Shown here one piece after another: positions 29,201-41,592 of a DNA stretch of 55,621 nt. Every line of letters starts with the position of its first letter. The stretch's first letter is position 1. Source of the DNA: Catajapyx aquilonaris (taxonomy: Eukaryota); contig KZ538660.1 in the NCBI GenBank assembly GCA_000934665.2, positions 1 to 55,621 on the forward strand, in the 5' to 3' direction. Position numbers and translations under genes: made by a program. The notes under the pieces are model-generated. The model was not told where the DNA came from and did no database searches. It worked only from the letters and a program-made list of their open reading frames with translations.

Positions 29201-29929
29201 ATAAGCACTCATAAGTGGTATCAATACGAAAAATTAGAGAATATTCGACCACGGTTTTAAGGTCCAATTTTCAAGCTATATGCTCACACACATTAAATTC
29301 ACGCGATAATGTGTATAGGGAATGCAATAAAACACGACGATGAGTTTTTTTACCGTCAAAACTAGCAATGTCGATTTATATCGCGACTATGAAACCAATG
29401 AATGCAAAAGTTACACGCAAAAAAAATGCAAATTGTAGTTGACCAGCAGAAAAGAACTGCTCATGCTTACGCAGGATGAGACCATGGTCCATTATGAAAC
29501 TTCTGGATCAAAAGTATCCTATTCCATAGGAAGGCCAGTTGGGTAACAATTCCTGCATGCCTGGACCATAGAGAACATTCAGAGCACAAAGGAGTTGAAT
29601 TTAACTAATCAAGCGTGTTCGAAATGAATGTAACTCAATCATCCAAAAGGGGGGTAAAACTTTTCGCATAACTTATGTCCGCTCAGGAACAAAAGTATTC
29701 AAATATCTTACATTTTAAGTGTATAATCAAGTTATTAACGAAGATTGGATAAAAATAATTATACCAATGTCTCAAACTTGTCTATACTTTAAAAACCATG
29801 CTGGGGAGAAAATTCCGCCATTTCCAAGGTTCCCGGGTATTTTTTCTCCCACACTAAAATCAATCCGATTATAGTGATACCGCCATATCTACATATTAAT
29901 CCGCCTCTTAGTTTATTTCCTCCTGACAG

Positions 29930-30218
29930 CCGGCCGGTACAGTGGAATGGTGATAAGGCTGATAAGAGTGATAACCATACTACCTTCCACCTCTGAGGTG
30001 TGTTCGATCCCCGGATCGGACGGATGATTTCTCACATGAGAAAATCCTCCGTATCGATGGGTTTTCTCCATGTTCGAGTGGGGTTTCTCGGGATACTCAA
30101 GTTTCTACCCACAATCAAAATCTATCAGCAGCGGATGTAATAAATAAAGTATGGTGTTGAAAACAAGATCCCCTGCAAGGCCCCAGTAGGTATATCACGG
30201 GGGATTATTATTTATTAT
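29930..30218 (+). mobile_element. tRNA-derived SINE with a V-domain-like core
   Basis: B-box GTTCGATCC, core GTGGGGTTTCTCGGGATACTCAAGTTTCTACCCAC, and an (ATT)-rich tail. Homologous to the split copy at 44452-45475. Confidence 0.75.
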
Positions 30219-30249
30219 GTTTATTCCTGTCAGGTTTACCTGCAGTTGT

Positions 30250-30518
30250 TTTACTCAGGGTCCCCTACATGGTTGCCTCCCCCACCCTAACCAGGGTATT
30301 GTCTCCACGTAGTCCTTATGGGGCGTCCATATTGGATCTAGATTGCATGCTGGAGGATAGGAAATTGGCAAGCGTCCAATTTTTTTTTTCAATGACTTTT
30401 TTTCACTGTATGCAGAACCAATCTGATTTAGATCCAATATGTCGGAGAGACAATACCCTGTCTAGGTGGGGGAGGCACTCATGGAGGTTACCCTGGTTTT
30501 ACTGTGTCAGGGAGTAAG
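30250..30518. mobile_element. degenerate palindromic MITE
   Basis: Inverted arms GCCTCCCCCACC..CAGGGTATTGTCTC..CATATTGGATCTA / TAGATCCAATATG..GAGACAATACCCTG..GGTGGGGGAGGC. Confidence 0.65.
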
Positions 30519-31263
30519 GACGACATCATTATGTCTACGATTTAGTATGAATGAAATGGTAATCCTCTCGCTGCTCTTCCCCTACTCCACTAATTCCATG
30601 TGATATCTCTGCGCTTAGAATGTATAAAGTTGGATTCTAAGGCCTATTCCTTGCCCTTCAAATGGTCGATCGTGAAATTAAAGAGAGAAAACAGCTGATT
30701 TCTAATATGATTATCCTTTCAACGGAAACTGCCATCCCCAGTACCCTATCCACGTCTATTTTTTCTTCTTTTTTAAAACTGTCATATAGGACAATAATTC
30801 CAATCGCATTCCTGGCAAGCAAAGAAGCCGTATAAAAAGTAGTAACGCAGCAAACATATATGATTTCTTCATAACTACACCTTTGTGAAAGTTAGGTCTC
30901 AATAACGGATACTGGGATAATCTTGCCCAACCAGTAACGACAAGTGCAATCAGCAATAAAAACTAACTCAGGTTCATTTTCATTGCTGATACATTTAAAT
31001 AAATTCAACATATAGAAATGGTTAAAATGAAAGCATGCCAATCACATTGACATTTTGAAAGTAAAAGATGAAAAGTCCCGAGGCTTCAGGTGATTCTCCA
31101 CCACTCACTCGCCAATTCAGTTGACATAAGAGCAATATTGCAGCCAAATGTTGGATTCCAAGAAGAAGAAAAAGCGTCCTCATATGTGAAGAACAGCGGA
31201 CAGAATCAAGTTTCTGATATACCGGAAGGAAGGGAGATCGTGGCGTGTTGACGCGCGGGGGTA

Positions 31264-31340
31264 CTATATCGTTCAAAAAGACTGAGACAATTTTGCACAA
31301 GGGAAGTTCAATATCGTCTCGATCTTTTTGAACGATATAG
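31264..31340. mobile_element. 77 bp TA-flanked mini-MITE
   Basis: TA|CTATATCGTTCAAAAAGA...TCTTTTTGAACGATATAG|TA. Confidence 0.8.
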
Positions 31341-32339
31341 TACACTGAATCAAACTCAATATCTTTGGAATTCAAGATCCGCCAGCCCCCATAGACTGTG
31401 ATTCCGTGTCTTTCGGATGAGTATATTTTGTTGTTTTTTCCGACTCCTGGATTTATTTTTCAAATGAGAGCCATTACAATGACCTAGCCAAAGAGACTTC
31501 TGAAACCTCTGCTAACGGAAAAAAATGAGTAAATTATGGCCGCGATAATTTTAGCATCTGCAAGACATGCTAATTAAAAACAATAGGTTACAGAAAGTTG
31601 GAACATGTGTTGCCCATCGATGTCAATGTGGCTTATGGGCCCATTTCCATTTAAAATCCTGCCAGCTGAGAGTAGAAGGAAAAAAAAAAAAAAAACGAAG
31701 ACTAAAAACAGAGGCAGGAAGCTATGACTCAAACAATTGTCAGATTCTGACCTAGGACATGAGCTTTGGCCTTTAGGTTAACTTGCAAGTGCCAAATAGT
31801 GGAATTTTTTTCCCCCTAGCTCCGAAGTCCCACCGAGGTGATTCAATTTTCTTCATGAAATACTTCAACTTGCCCTATGATACATTATGTTTTCAGTTGC
31901 AGAGCTAATGTAAGCGTGTTCTAATAGTAAAAAGCATTGAAGATTGTGTCATTGATGCAGAAATGAAGAGGATAGCATAACTTTTCAAGAATACTAAAAA
32001 TCAGAGAATTAGGTAATAGAAAAAATTTAATGGCAAAAAATTATTCAACTTGTCCAGTTCATACCTACATCAAAGATTACAGGTGGATAATGGTGACAAT
32101 AACCAACAGCTGGCAGAACTTTCTGTCAACAAGTGCACTTACCTTTTGGCAGTGGTTATCAAAGTTGTTGTGGCACAAAATGACAATTCAAATTTTGTAT
32201 TTAATTTCATGGGTGAATTAGAATTTTTTTATGTGATAAATGGACACTGTGATCCACCCTAAGCGGACTGTAGTCAATTATATAATTTGTGGAAGCCATG
32301 TTTTATCATGTTAGGAACCTTGTCCAACCTCCATGTATA

Positions 32340-32713
32340 CAGAGTGATGCCAAAGATGTGAACTTTCTCTCTGATTTAGGCTTCTTGTAGATTTCTAGGA
32401 TGAAATTACTTTCGTTGATTTTCGCGATTTCGACTTCATTACGAGATAACCAAGTTTATATTCGCACTAGATGCACTGGTAATTCAGAGATCACTCTGCA
32501 TATCATGCAACACAAGTAGCAGGGATATTTGGCAGATCGCCTGGCTCACAAGTTGACCCCTAATATCTATATACTGGGTTTATCTACACTTAAGAAGCAA
32601 TATTATCTCCATAATGAAGCCAAAATTGTAAAAATCAACCAGGATCATTATGTCATAGAAATTAGAAAGTAGCCTAAATCCGAGAGGATGTGTGCACCAT
32701 TGGCACTACCCTG
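32340..32713. mobile_element. Tc1/mariner-type MITE with long degenerate TIRs
   Basis: TA|CAGAGTGATGCCAA...GATTTAGGCT / AGCCTAAATC...TTGGCACTACCCTG|TA. Confidence 0.7.
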
Positions 32714-33286
32714 TATATGCCTACAGTATATTAGGTCTCATTGCAAGTATATGTCCCTTAATTTATATTTTCTCAACCGTTACCTCTCACTAGGAGGCCC
32801 TATAATAATGACTTTTTTTTTAAACATTCAACATAATCATTTAATTGTTTTGTGTTACTTTGAATGATGAAGCAAGAAACTTTTTAAAATGTTCCAGCCA
32901 ACTGAACAGATGAAGACGTATTTTGGTTCTTTCCAACTTATATTGAATTAATTTCAGATTTGTAACAGTGACCCTAAGTTTTTCATGGGCATGGTGAGTG
33001 TAATCAAGCAGGTATGGTATAGGAGATGCAGTCGGACTCTCATTTAAATTTAATCAGCAATGCCAGGCATCATGACCAAAGTTTGTTTCGGATTTCCTTG
33101 CACAATTCCAACCAAATGACAGGTCAACTTCCTATATATGTAAGGCACTGCCACTTCTCTCCTATGAATGTATCCCTCAAGGAATGAGTTGATGGGTACC
33201 GGTAGTTTAAAAATCGTATTATACTCCCAAATGTTCTCATGTTCAAATGTAAAGACTTGCTCGATCAACAAGCTCTAGTTTGTCTC

Positions 33287-34480
33287 TTAATTTGCATAAG
33301 AGTACACCTGAGCCAAAACAAAATTAATGCACATGTTTGCTATTGGTTTAACTCAATGGTTGTAATGAACCTTTTTTTAAAAATAATTGATATTAAGGAG
33401 GTTGGCCCACCATTGCCTTTCAACCTCCAAGGATAGGGAAGGAAGGAAGCGGCTGTGGCCTATTATACAGACGCAACCCCGGAATTATCCTAGAAAGACC
33501 GTGGAAAACCATAGAAAACCACGGTCAGGGTTGCTGGCCCCGGGATTCGAACCCAGGACCTCCCGATTAGCAGTCGGATGCCCTATCCACTATGCCAACC
33601 TGCTTCGGTTCGTAATGAACCTGTGATATGACTCCTTTCCCGCTCCTTTCTCATTTTATGATATTGCAAAACCTAAAAGGTAGTGACTTCCCAATGAGTG
33701 CTTGATATCACCACCTGTCATCAGCATACTTCTTAAATAAATTCAACAAAAATTACCATTTCCTCCAGGTAACCGAAAACTGGGAAAGTTTCAGTCTGCA
33801 TAATGGAGCGAAATGGCCCCATGTGCAAAGGATTCTTTTTATCGCTGCAAAATGTTGGCCGTATATGTAAATTCATGATCATTCCCAAGCGTTTATAATG
33901 GACTTGTACAACGCACTTCCCAACCATGACTGCACCTTATTTGCTTCACAATGTTTGGTCAGCCCACTTTGGTAGCCTGATACAGTATCAAAAACCAATA
34001 CTGCAAATTCACACCAAATAGGAACACTACAGTAAAAACCTTTTCAAATAATTTACCTTTTCAGTAGGAGAGCACAACTTGGTGGGTGTGTGTGTGTAGC
34101 CAGCTGAAGTATCTAAAGACAGAAATGGGGGCGGGTCGAAGCAACAAAACACCAAGAAACCACAGCATGTGTATGAAGCATGTATCAGTACATACCAGAA
34201 ACGAAGAACGAAGTTGCAGGTGCTGCAGATTTGGTGTGTAGATACACTGTAGGCCCTGACGGCCTCTTAACCGGCGACACTGGTGTGCATTAGGTCACAA
34301 GCGCAATGATAGGGAAGAAAAGCATAAGAGAAGGAACAGATTCCACTTGCAGGTAGGAGGGTGCGTTTGGCACTGGCCTGGCAGCGAGAGAGGCTGGAGT
34401 TCTGGACAAACATGCACTACATCTGGCGGGAATGTCTAGTGCACGTGCGTGGCTGCCATTTTGAATCCGGACCACGCGCT
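33287..34480 (-). other. candidate spliced transcript (5' UTR exons of mub, a lncRNA, or a 63-aa smORF gene)
   Basis: A chain of canonical splice sites on the minus strand: donor 34196, exon 34112-34057, a 56 bp intron, exon 34000-33757, acceptor 33307. A YY1-like CAAAATGGCAGC sits at about 34452-34463. Confidence 0.45.
33373..33611 (-). mobile_element. insect-type tRNA-derived SINE
   Basis: B-box GGTTCGAATCC on the minus strand, a GGAAGGAAGCGGCTGTGGCCTA body, and an 11 bp TSD GTAATGAACCT at 33362 and 33612. Confidence 0.88.
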
Positions 34481-34582
34481 TCTTTCAAACACGAGTTTAA
34501 CCTCTGCCACTAGTCTAAATCGGTCTAAACCATGTCTAAACCATCATGGATATGTAATAACATTAATAAATTACTATATCTA

Positions 34583-34585
<3 letters not shown>

Positions 34586-34648
<63 letters not shown>
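34586..34648. repeat. (TA)n(CA)n microsatellite
   Basis: Visible directly. Confidence 0.95.
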
Positions 34649-34649
<1 letters not shown>

Positions 34650-34849
34650 GTCAAGCAGCACACCTTCCACCAAATCTTTGAGAACCTTGACCAAAATTTA
34701 GCGACATGTACCGGTACTACTCATCGCAGGAAGCCAAATTATTACACCTCTGCGTTGCGTGGTTGCATAACTACAGAGTGTCAAATGTACCAATTTTCGC
34801 GTCTTTTTGCTGTGTCCACTGTCACTTAGATTGCCATATCTCCTAGGTC

Positions 34850-35300
34850 AGGTCAAACATAACATTTGATATGTGCATGCCAAGGGTAATTTTACGCTCT
34901 ATGAGATGGTCATGTTCATTTTTAAGAAATCCAAAAATTGAAAGTCCAAGATGTCGCCTAAATCTTTGATTTTGACATTGTTTATTAATGGCTCTCTACC
35001 ACTTCTTTTGGATGGGACTTAAAATGACAAGGGCAATGCTTACTTGACATTTCCGAAAAATCTGGAGAACCTATTTTTGATGTTTGCCAACAATAATACC
35101 TTTTTTGGTTCCAAACGCGTCCCGTCAGTGCTTGTAGTCACCTCATTTGCAGGACCATAACTCGGAGAAGGTCGAGTCAAATCTATATTTTATATGTGCA
35201 TTCAAAAGGTATTTTTATGCTCCAGGAGATGGTCATACTCAAAATTTAGAAATCCAAAAATTTTAAATCAAAGCTACGTATTTTGATATTGATATTGATC
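34850..35300. repeat. ~325 bp degenerate tandem repeat; the second unit resumes at about 36400 after the foldback insertion
   Basis: GAGATGGTCAT...AGAAATCCAAAAATT occurs at about 34903 and 35227. TACTTGACATTTC..AAATCTGGAGAACC occurs at 35041 and 36431. Confidence 0.65.
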
Positions 35301-35334
35301 AATAACACTGATCTAAATTTTTTGACTTTTTTCT

Positions 35335-36360
35335 GTTGTTTTGAAATAAACAGGTGTATCCAAACCGGTTTTCTCTGCATATTACGAAAATGACATTGAA
35401 AATCACCTACTACCTCCAGTTTTCGAGTTACAGGGTGTGTCATAAATTCATGTGGGTATGTCCACATGTCCAGCGTGTGACGTGGATGGAATTGACCTAC
35501 AGCAACGTCCTTACACCACATTGTTGTGACACTCATCCTTGTTACGACCACCAAGTTTCATTCTGATTGCATCATTCCACTGGGATTTATGCAGGTGTAA
35601 AAGTGTGGGTCGGAGGTGCATATCAGTGAACTTGCGGGCATCAAATGAAATCATAATTATGTCATTAATCATGGTAACATTAATTGTGATATTGTATGAA
35701 GAGTAGGTGGCGATGCTCTATCATACGCCATCATCAAATAAAGTGCATGACAATTCAAGATGGATCAGGAGCGTTTGGAAGAGACTCCCACCCATGGACA
35801 AAATGTGTAGTGTTGCATACTTTGCGGCTTGCGCCTTCCCAATAAATTGCCTTTTGTGCATGGGTGGGAGTCTCTTCCAAACACTCCTGATACATCTTGA
35901 ATTGTTGGGCACTTTTGTTGATGATAGCGCATGATAGAGCATCGTACTCTTCGTACAATATCACAATTAATGTTATCTCGATTAATTACATAATTATGAT
36001 TTTATTTGATGCCCGCAAGTTCACCGATATGCACCTCCGACCCACACTTTTACACCTTCTGAGGTGCATAACTCCCAGTGGAATGATGCAATCGGAATCA
36101 AACTTGGTAGTCGTAACAAGGATGAATGTCACAACAATGTGGTGTAAGGTTTGGTTTGGTTTATTCGGAAGAAGCCAAAGCAACTGTGGCTATCTGGCTA
36201 TAGAAGACACAAAGGTGGGACAGATGGAGAGAGAAAAAACCAATGTGAAGTTATGACACACCCTGTAACTCGAAAACTGGAGGTAGGAGATTTTCAATGT
36301 CATTTTCGTAATCTGCAGAGAAAATTCCTTCAGACAGACATTTCCATTTCAAAACAACAA
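35335..36360. mobile_element. ~1 kb foldback element
   Basis: Inverted arms of about 450 bp (35335-35800 and 35850-36360) surround a loop of about 45 bp, giving mirrored ORFs in the track. Confidence 0.85.
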
Positions 36361-37054
36361 ACCTTGCATATTAGTGTAATCAACTGCTACGATTTCTTTT
36401 GAATGGCACTTAAAATGGTCAGGTAATGTTTACTTGACATTTCTGCCAAATCTGGAGAACCGATTTTCGATATTTGCAAAATATAAAATTAGTTTAGGTG
36501 CAAGATGTTGCCAACAGCTTGTCAACCCATGCCCTGTCATCAACCCAGCCCACCGGGCTCCTGTGTGCCCAAACGATAGCCCTTCCCCTTTATTGACTTG
36601 GCAGGATACCAGGTGAAGTAACATTGCACCACTCATGCATTGTGTAATATCATATCCACTTCATCTGGTACCTTGTTGACTCCCTCCTTATATCAACAAA
36701 AGGTTCAAGTCTACAATCTTAGGAACCCTATACTGTAAGGTTTCACTTTAAAATAATTCTTCTGCATGCTCTGATGGTCATTATCAATTTGAAATGCTAA
36801 GTTATTCTTTGGCTGGCAATAAATGACATCAATATTTACACTTGATTTTTTTAATGAGCCTGAATAAGTTGATACATTTTCTCTTTCTATACGAATTAAA
36901 ATTTGGGAATGCAATTCACGTGAGTAAATTGATCAAAAGCAGTTTTCTTGCTTTGCCTTCAGGACAGGGGAAACACAAAATAATTAAAAACCCAAAGCAG
37001 TAGTATTGTAGTGGACGGATCGACTTGGTGGCAGTTGTGTTCATAAGGCACATC

Positions 37055-37205
37055 CTAATGGAAGGCTTCCTCGTAAGCCCTTTCAAATGGTGGCCCCATC
37101 ATCTCCACATCCTTCTTGGTAATAAACCGACCAGGTAGGTATGGCAACATGTCAATGCCAAACTTCTTGAGATGCTCAACACGTTTTTCCTGGTACTTCT
37201 CCATC
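37055..37205 (-). CDS. MNS1: MNS1 (meiosis-specific nuclear structural protein 1), last coding exon 10
   Basis: ttttcag|G acceptor, in phase with exon 9. KMEKYQEKRVEHLKKFGIDMLPYLPGRFITKKDVEMMGPPFERAYEEAFH* aligns with the MNS1 C-terminus ERLKLLKEHATNLLGYLPKGVFKKEDDIDLLGEEFRKVY. Confidence 0.88.
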
Positions 37206-37838
37206 CTGAAAATTATTAGTTCACCATTAATGAAAAGCATAAAAGGCAAAGACGAACCACAAAACATGAAATAAGTTTAGACTTTATCCCAAAGGGTCAC
37301 TGCACAGAATTTGCAGGGTTGGCTCAAAATATTGGGCAAAAAACTCTTGATTACAAAGGTGTGACAAGTTTTCTTACAACTTATTGGAAAGTCCAGTGGT
37401 GATGTGAAAGTTGGCTATAAAGCCTACATCTGATAGGTACTGCCTTATGGGAACTGGTGTAAAATAGACAGCAGATATTCATTAGAATTAGAAATACCAA
37501 GTAATTTTCCAACATTACTCTCTCCTGGGAGAGTCTCTGCAGGTAAATTGTAGTGCACATCCAAAGTCATTCTCTCTCACCAATAGACATGCAGTTTAAT
37601 ACTACTTTGCTGTTGGAGTGCTGGTTTTCACTGAATCTGAATAAGCCATAGAGCAGATGATGCACATTTCCCATCAATGGCCTTGTGCCACAGACCTACC
37701 ATTCAGTTCTGAGAAATATGGATTACACCCTTGGAAGCAAGATTTTTGCCACAATGTTTAGAGCCCAACTTGAATTGATTGCCGAGTCCCTTTAAGATGA
37801 GCAAAATCTACAATAAGTACAATTCAGTATACATGTAT

Positions 37839-38067
37839 CAGGAGTCGAATTTAAAAATCTTTGTCCAGATGCAAAGTTTGCACTTCAGACTTTAAACTGG
37901 AGTGCAAATTGCTTACTTGGAGTGCTTAATTTTTAATTACTGGGTATAGCCATGTTTAAAAGCAGAGCCAATGGGAGTGCAAACTTTGCACTCCAAGGCT
38001 CGGTTTGGAGTGCAGATGAAAATTTTGGAGAGCAAATTGGACCTTTGCATCCATATATTTCGACCCC

Positions 38068-38069
<2 letters not shown>
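37839..38069. mobile_element. hAT-like MITE with GGAGTGCAAA subterminal repeats
   Basis: CAGGAGTCGAA...TTCGACCCCTG TIRs, repeated GGAGTGCA/TGCACTCC motifs, and an adjacent (TA)n at about 38073-38106. Confidence 0.65.
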
Positions 38070-38110
<41 letters not shown>

Positions 38111-38357
38111 AGATGGAATCCTTCAAGAAGATTATGTGGAATGAGTAACCTATGATTTAGAAATGTTGCACCATTGCAAGGGAGTCTGAAAGCAGTCCCC
38201 AAGTCCATGACAAATAGTGACAACTAAGAATAGTATTTGGAAAATGCCCATAGGCCTATACATTGAATATGATTACCACATGACTCTGATATCAGAAAAT
38301 ACCTCAATGTTATCATTCCTTCCTGCTGATTCAAGGAATCACGTTAAACAAGCTTAG

Positions 38358-38674
38358 CCCTAATAAGATGGGCGTATCATATGCTGATACGCTGGCTTTA
38401 AAAAATTCTGCTGGCGACACTATAACGTTTTCCCACTATGTAACATGGTTTGTGTGTGGCTTTCTTTATTTTCTCTCACGTAATAAATCGCGAATTTTGG
38501 ACTACAAAATCTTGCATAAATAAACCAGATTAACTTGAATGACATCACCTTTTTGCAGCTGATGAAAAAAAAACTCCCCCCTTCCCAAAAAATTATGGTG
38601 GCCTGCAAATTTTGACATACAGAGTTGCCCCCAAACCTCAGGAGATTCCACCCTAAAATTAGTGCAAAAGAGAA

Positions 38675-38735
<61 letters not shown>

Positions 38736-39352
38736 CTATCACGACATTTCCCTATAAGGGGTAGTCAGCGATGACAGGAGCCACGAGCTAACCCAAAATA
38801 TGAACTAAATTAAAACTAAATTAAAACAAGAGAGAATTCAATCGTTTTAAAATAAATAAATAATGTTCACAAATGCCAATTAGTGGCTGGCGGGCTACTG
38901 CGCAACTCCCACCAGGCCTTCGCCAAGATGGAGGGGCGCATGCCCTGCAGGGCTTTTGAACAGCCGTGGAGTGAGGCAGGTTTCCACTCGTGTGGGGGGT
39001 GCATGTTTGTCTCTGTAGCTGAGATGCCTGTCCTGCAACATATTATTCATGCGTACAGGTCTGTTCAGCAGCGCCAGGACGACATACACATATACTTCTT
39101 GTCAGCGCAGGAGTGACAAAAAATTGGAGAAAAAAATAAGCAGGCGTGAAACGCACCCCTGCAGCATTGTTGAGACATTTAAGAATTTAAATCTCTGCAT
39201 GGTATGGCAAGAGGGTCCCATAAATGGCCTCAGGATCAAGCATAGACACTACAGGTTGTTACTCACAAGATTAGTCATGTGTGGTCCCTCAAATGACAAC
39301 ACTAGCAATTTTTTTGCAGATTCTTATAAAAAAATTGCTCGTCTAATTAGGG
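38358..39352. mobile_element. piggyBac-like non-autonomous element, family A copy 1
   Basis: TTAG|CCCTAATAAGATGGGCG...GCTCGTCTAATTAGGG|TTAA; colinear with 44525-45291. Confidence 0.85.
38678..38830 (-). mobile_element. 5'-truncated LINE 3' end with a (CAT)n tail, inserted in the piggyBac-like element
   Basis: TSD AGAGAATTCA on both sides, and the site is empty in the sister copy at about 44840. The body ATCACGACATTTCCCTATAAGGGGTA is shared with 52130. Confidence 0.8.
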
Positions 39353-39785
39353 TTAAATACAGGGTGGACGGAAAGTTTCGGACCCCCCCAGGTTTTTTAA
39401 CCCTACTTTTCACAGCGTCTTTTCACATATTTTAAAAGTCCACAAGCAGTTCTAATGTACACTATCTTTTGAAGCATAATCTTGAGAACATCTGAGCACC
39501 TTCGCTCTCGCAATTCCATTAATAACTTCGCCTCTGTGACCCATCTAAACATCCTATCTGTTTTGCGTTTATTTTGCTTGTTGCCTTGGAGGACCCGTGG
39601 TCATATTCTGCGTCAGATAAGGTTTTTATGACCCTTTTCCATGAGTTCCCCTTCATGCAAATGTTGTGAACTCACTCCTGACCTTATTTTTCGCATTGGT
39701 CCATAACCTGGTCCAATAAAAATTTGAAAAGGAATGCATGAAATGGCGGACCCGGATGCATTACTTTCGAATTCTCACATTGATT

Positions 39786-40083
39786 CCATCACATTTGTCT
39801 CCATTTTTACTTTGAAATAATTTTTTGGTGCGAAAGGACGTGAACGAAAGGATGCGTCATGTTGATTAATTTACCAAGGTAGGACTGTTTACTGTCCTTT
39901 CCCACAAAAAATTATTTTAAAGTAAAAATGGAGACAAATGTGATGGCTTCTGCTCTCTAGACTCTAGAGAGCAGAATACAAATATGACACTGATTATAAT
40001 CAGTGTCAGAAGGCCAGAATGCAACCTTAAAAAATCTACCTATAATAATTATTATAGGTCGATTTTTTAAGGTTGCCTTCTGG
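39786..40083. repeat. array of four consecutive palindromes
   Basis: 39786-39946 (long arms), 39948-39976 (14 bp arms, 1 nt loop), 39985-40008 (perfect 24 bp), and 40014-40083 (70 bp, no loop). Confidence 0.9.
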
Positions 40084-40284
40084 GCAGTGATCAGTAAGTA
40101 AGTAATGAGTTTATTCCAAAAAGGAGCCATAATGGTTCCGTGTTTTGGAAGGAGTCACTTCTACATATTTATCTCAACAATCTTATAACACAATGTCACA
40201 AAACCTTAAGAGTAATACAAAAGGTGGTACCATATTTAAATCTCCAATATTTTTTTTATATTTTATTTATTTTATTTTATTTAC

Positions 40285-40610
40285 CCCGTGCCAGGCATCA
40301 ATGGCCTATTTGGGGGGTGGCACACGACCATCAGTTTTCTCTGTCATTTTTCTTCAGTCACCGGTGCAAGGAGTCAAGGATGTAGGGTAGGGGTAGGGAT
40401 TTTTGGGGAGGGAACATGGGGTGCAAGTGCAATGTCTACAACATGGGTCATGTGCTGTCCCCCAGGAGGCTAGGTTGCCAGACACCTCCTTGGTGCAGGT
40501 CAGAGACCCTCCCGACGCAGGTGAAAGGAAAGTTCCCCAGGCGGGGATCGAACCTCGGGCCTTTCACACAGCAAGCCGTGACGTTACCATCACGGCCACC
40601 ACACCTCCCC
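40285..40610 (-). mobile_element. tRNA-derived SINE
   Basis: The minus-strand head GGGGAGGTGTGGTGGCCGTGATGGTAACG...GAGGTTCGATCCCC contains A/B boxes. Confidence 0.75.
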
Positions 40611-40844
40611 ATTGAATCTTATATTGTATCCATCTAACCAGAACTGTTGTGAGGCATTTCTCAGATTTGCTATCAATTGGATAACATACAGGGGTAGTGG
40701 TAAGTGAAGGTACAGCTGTTGGCGTGGGCCCACTATCATGTTTGCATACAGTGATCAGTATTAGGCTAATATCCTGTTTCCTAGGTTGCACCATTGTTCA
40801 TTATGTGGGTCTCTGTCTGCCAATCTCACCATTAAAAAGCAGTA

Positions 40845-41177
40845 TAATCCTGGGTGGTGCTTTCACCCCCAAACGGGGGTATATCACACAGACCTTTATT
40901 TAGTCATATGTGTACATTTGGAACCTATTTTTTGAAGCGCCCGGGCCCACGGGCAGGATGACAGGAGGGGATGTGCAAAGTTCAGTGCGCGGACTGACAT
41001 TGGTACATTTTGTGAACTCCCCCGGGTGGATATGTCTATTGGAGATTCCACCTGAGACGAAGCCAGATGACCTATACTCTGCACGAGATGACGGGGGGTG
41101 TCTCCGGGCTGGGATCGAACCCGGGACCTTAACATCCGTGGGCGCGTACGTTACCGCAGCGCCACTCCGCCTCCCCC
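40845..41177 (-). mobile_element. tRNA-derived SINE, same family as 52745-53068
   Basis: Head GGGGGAGGCGGAGTGGCGCTGCGGTAACG...GGGTTCGATCCC; the body is colinear with the second copy. Confidence 0.85.
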
Positions 41178-41377
41178 ATTACAAAGCAGTAGTGCAAGTA
41201 GCTGCATTTTTTTCTAAAGGGATACCCAAACTTTTATCATCGCCTAGGTTTTTGCCGATTGATGCCTCAAGATTTCTCACCACTACTATTTATTCTTGTT
41301 TTGGGCCAATAATTACACTGGCAGCTGGAAGTGCGATAAATAAGAAACAGCCTCTGCCGTCCCAAGGTAAAACACAC

Positions 41378-41454
41378 TAACTGTAAAACTAGTAAGGGTG
41401 AAGGTCATGTGAAGGACATGCATGTGACTTTCACCCTTACTAGTTTTGCAGTTA
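41378..41454. repeat. 77 bp hairpin / mini-MITE
   Basis: TAACTGTAAAACTAGTAAGGGTGAAGGTCA...TGACTTTCACCCTTACTAGTTTTGCAGTTA. Confidence 0.8.
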
Positions 41455-41592
41455 GGGTGTTTTACCTCGGGACAGCAGGGCCTGTATACAGGGCATTTCT
41501 TCCTAATATGTCGTCTGGTTGGCAGCACATTTCTAGGTCCAAAAACAAGTAAATAATGTAGGAGTGAGAAATCTCGAGGGAGCAACCATTAA

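Noticed and set aside
31890..33280. Plus-strand exon-like segments with GT/AG sites (e.g. NARHHDQSLF) and a possible C/D snoRNA at about 32864
   Set aside because: I could not join them into a phase-consistent ORF, and the snoRNA candidate lacks a terminal CTGA D box and stem.
33530..33610. tRNA genes here and at 40540, 41110, 45420 and 53000
   Set aside because: The A/B boxes are followed by SINE bodies and tails, some with TSDs, and there is no complete cloverleaf.
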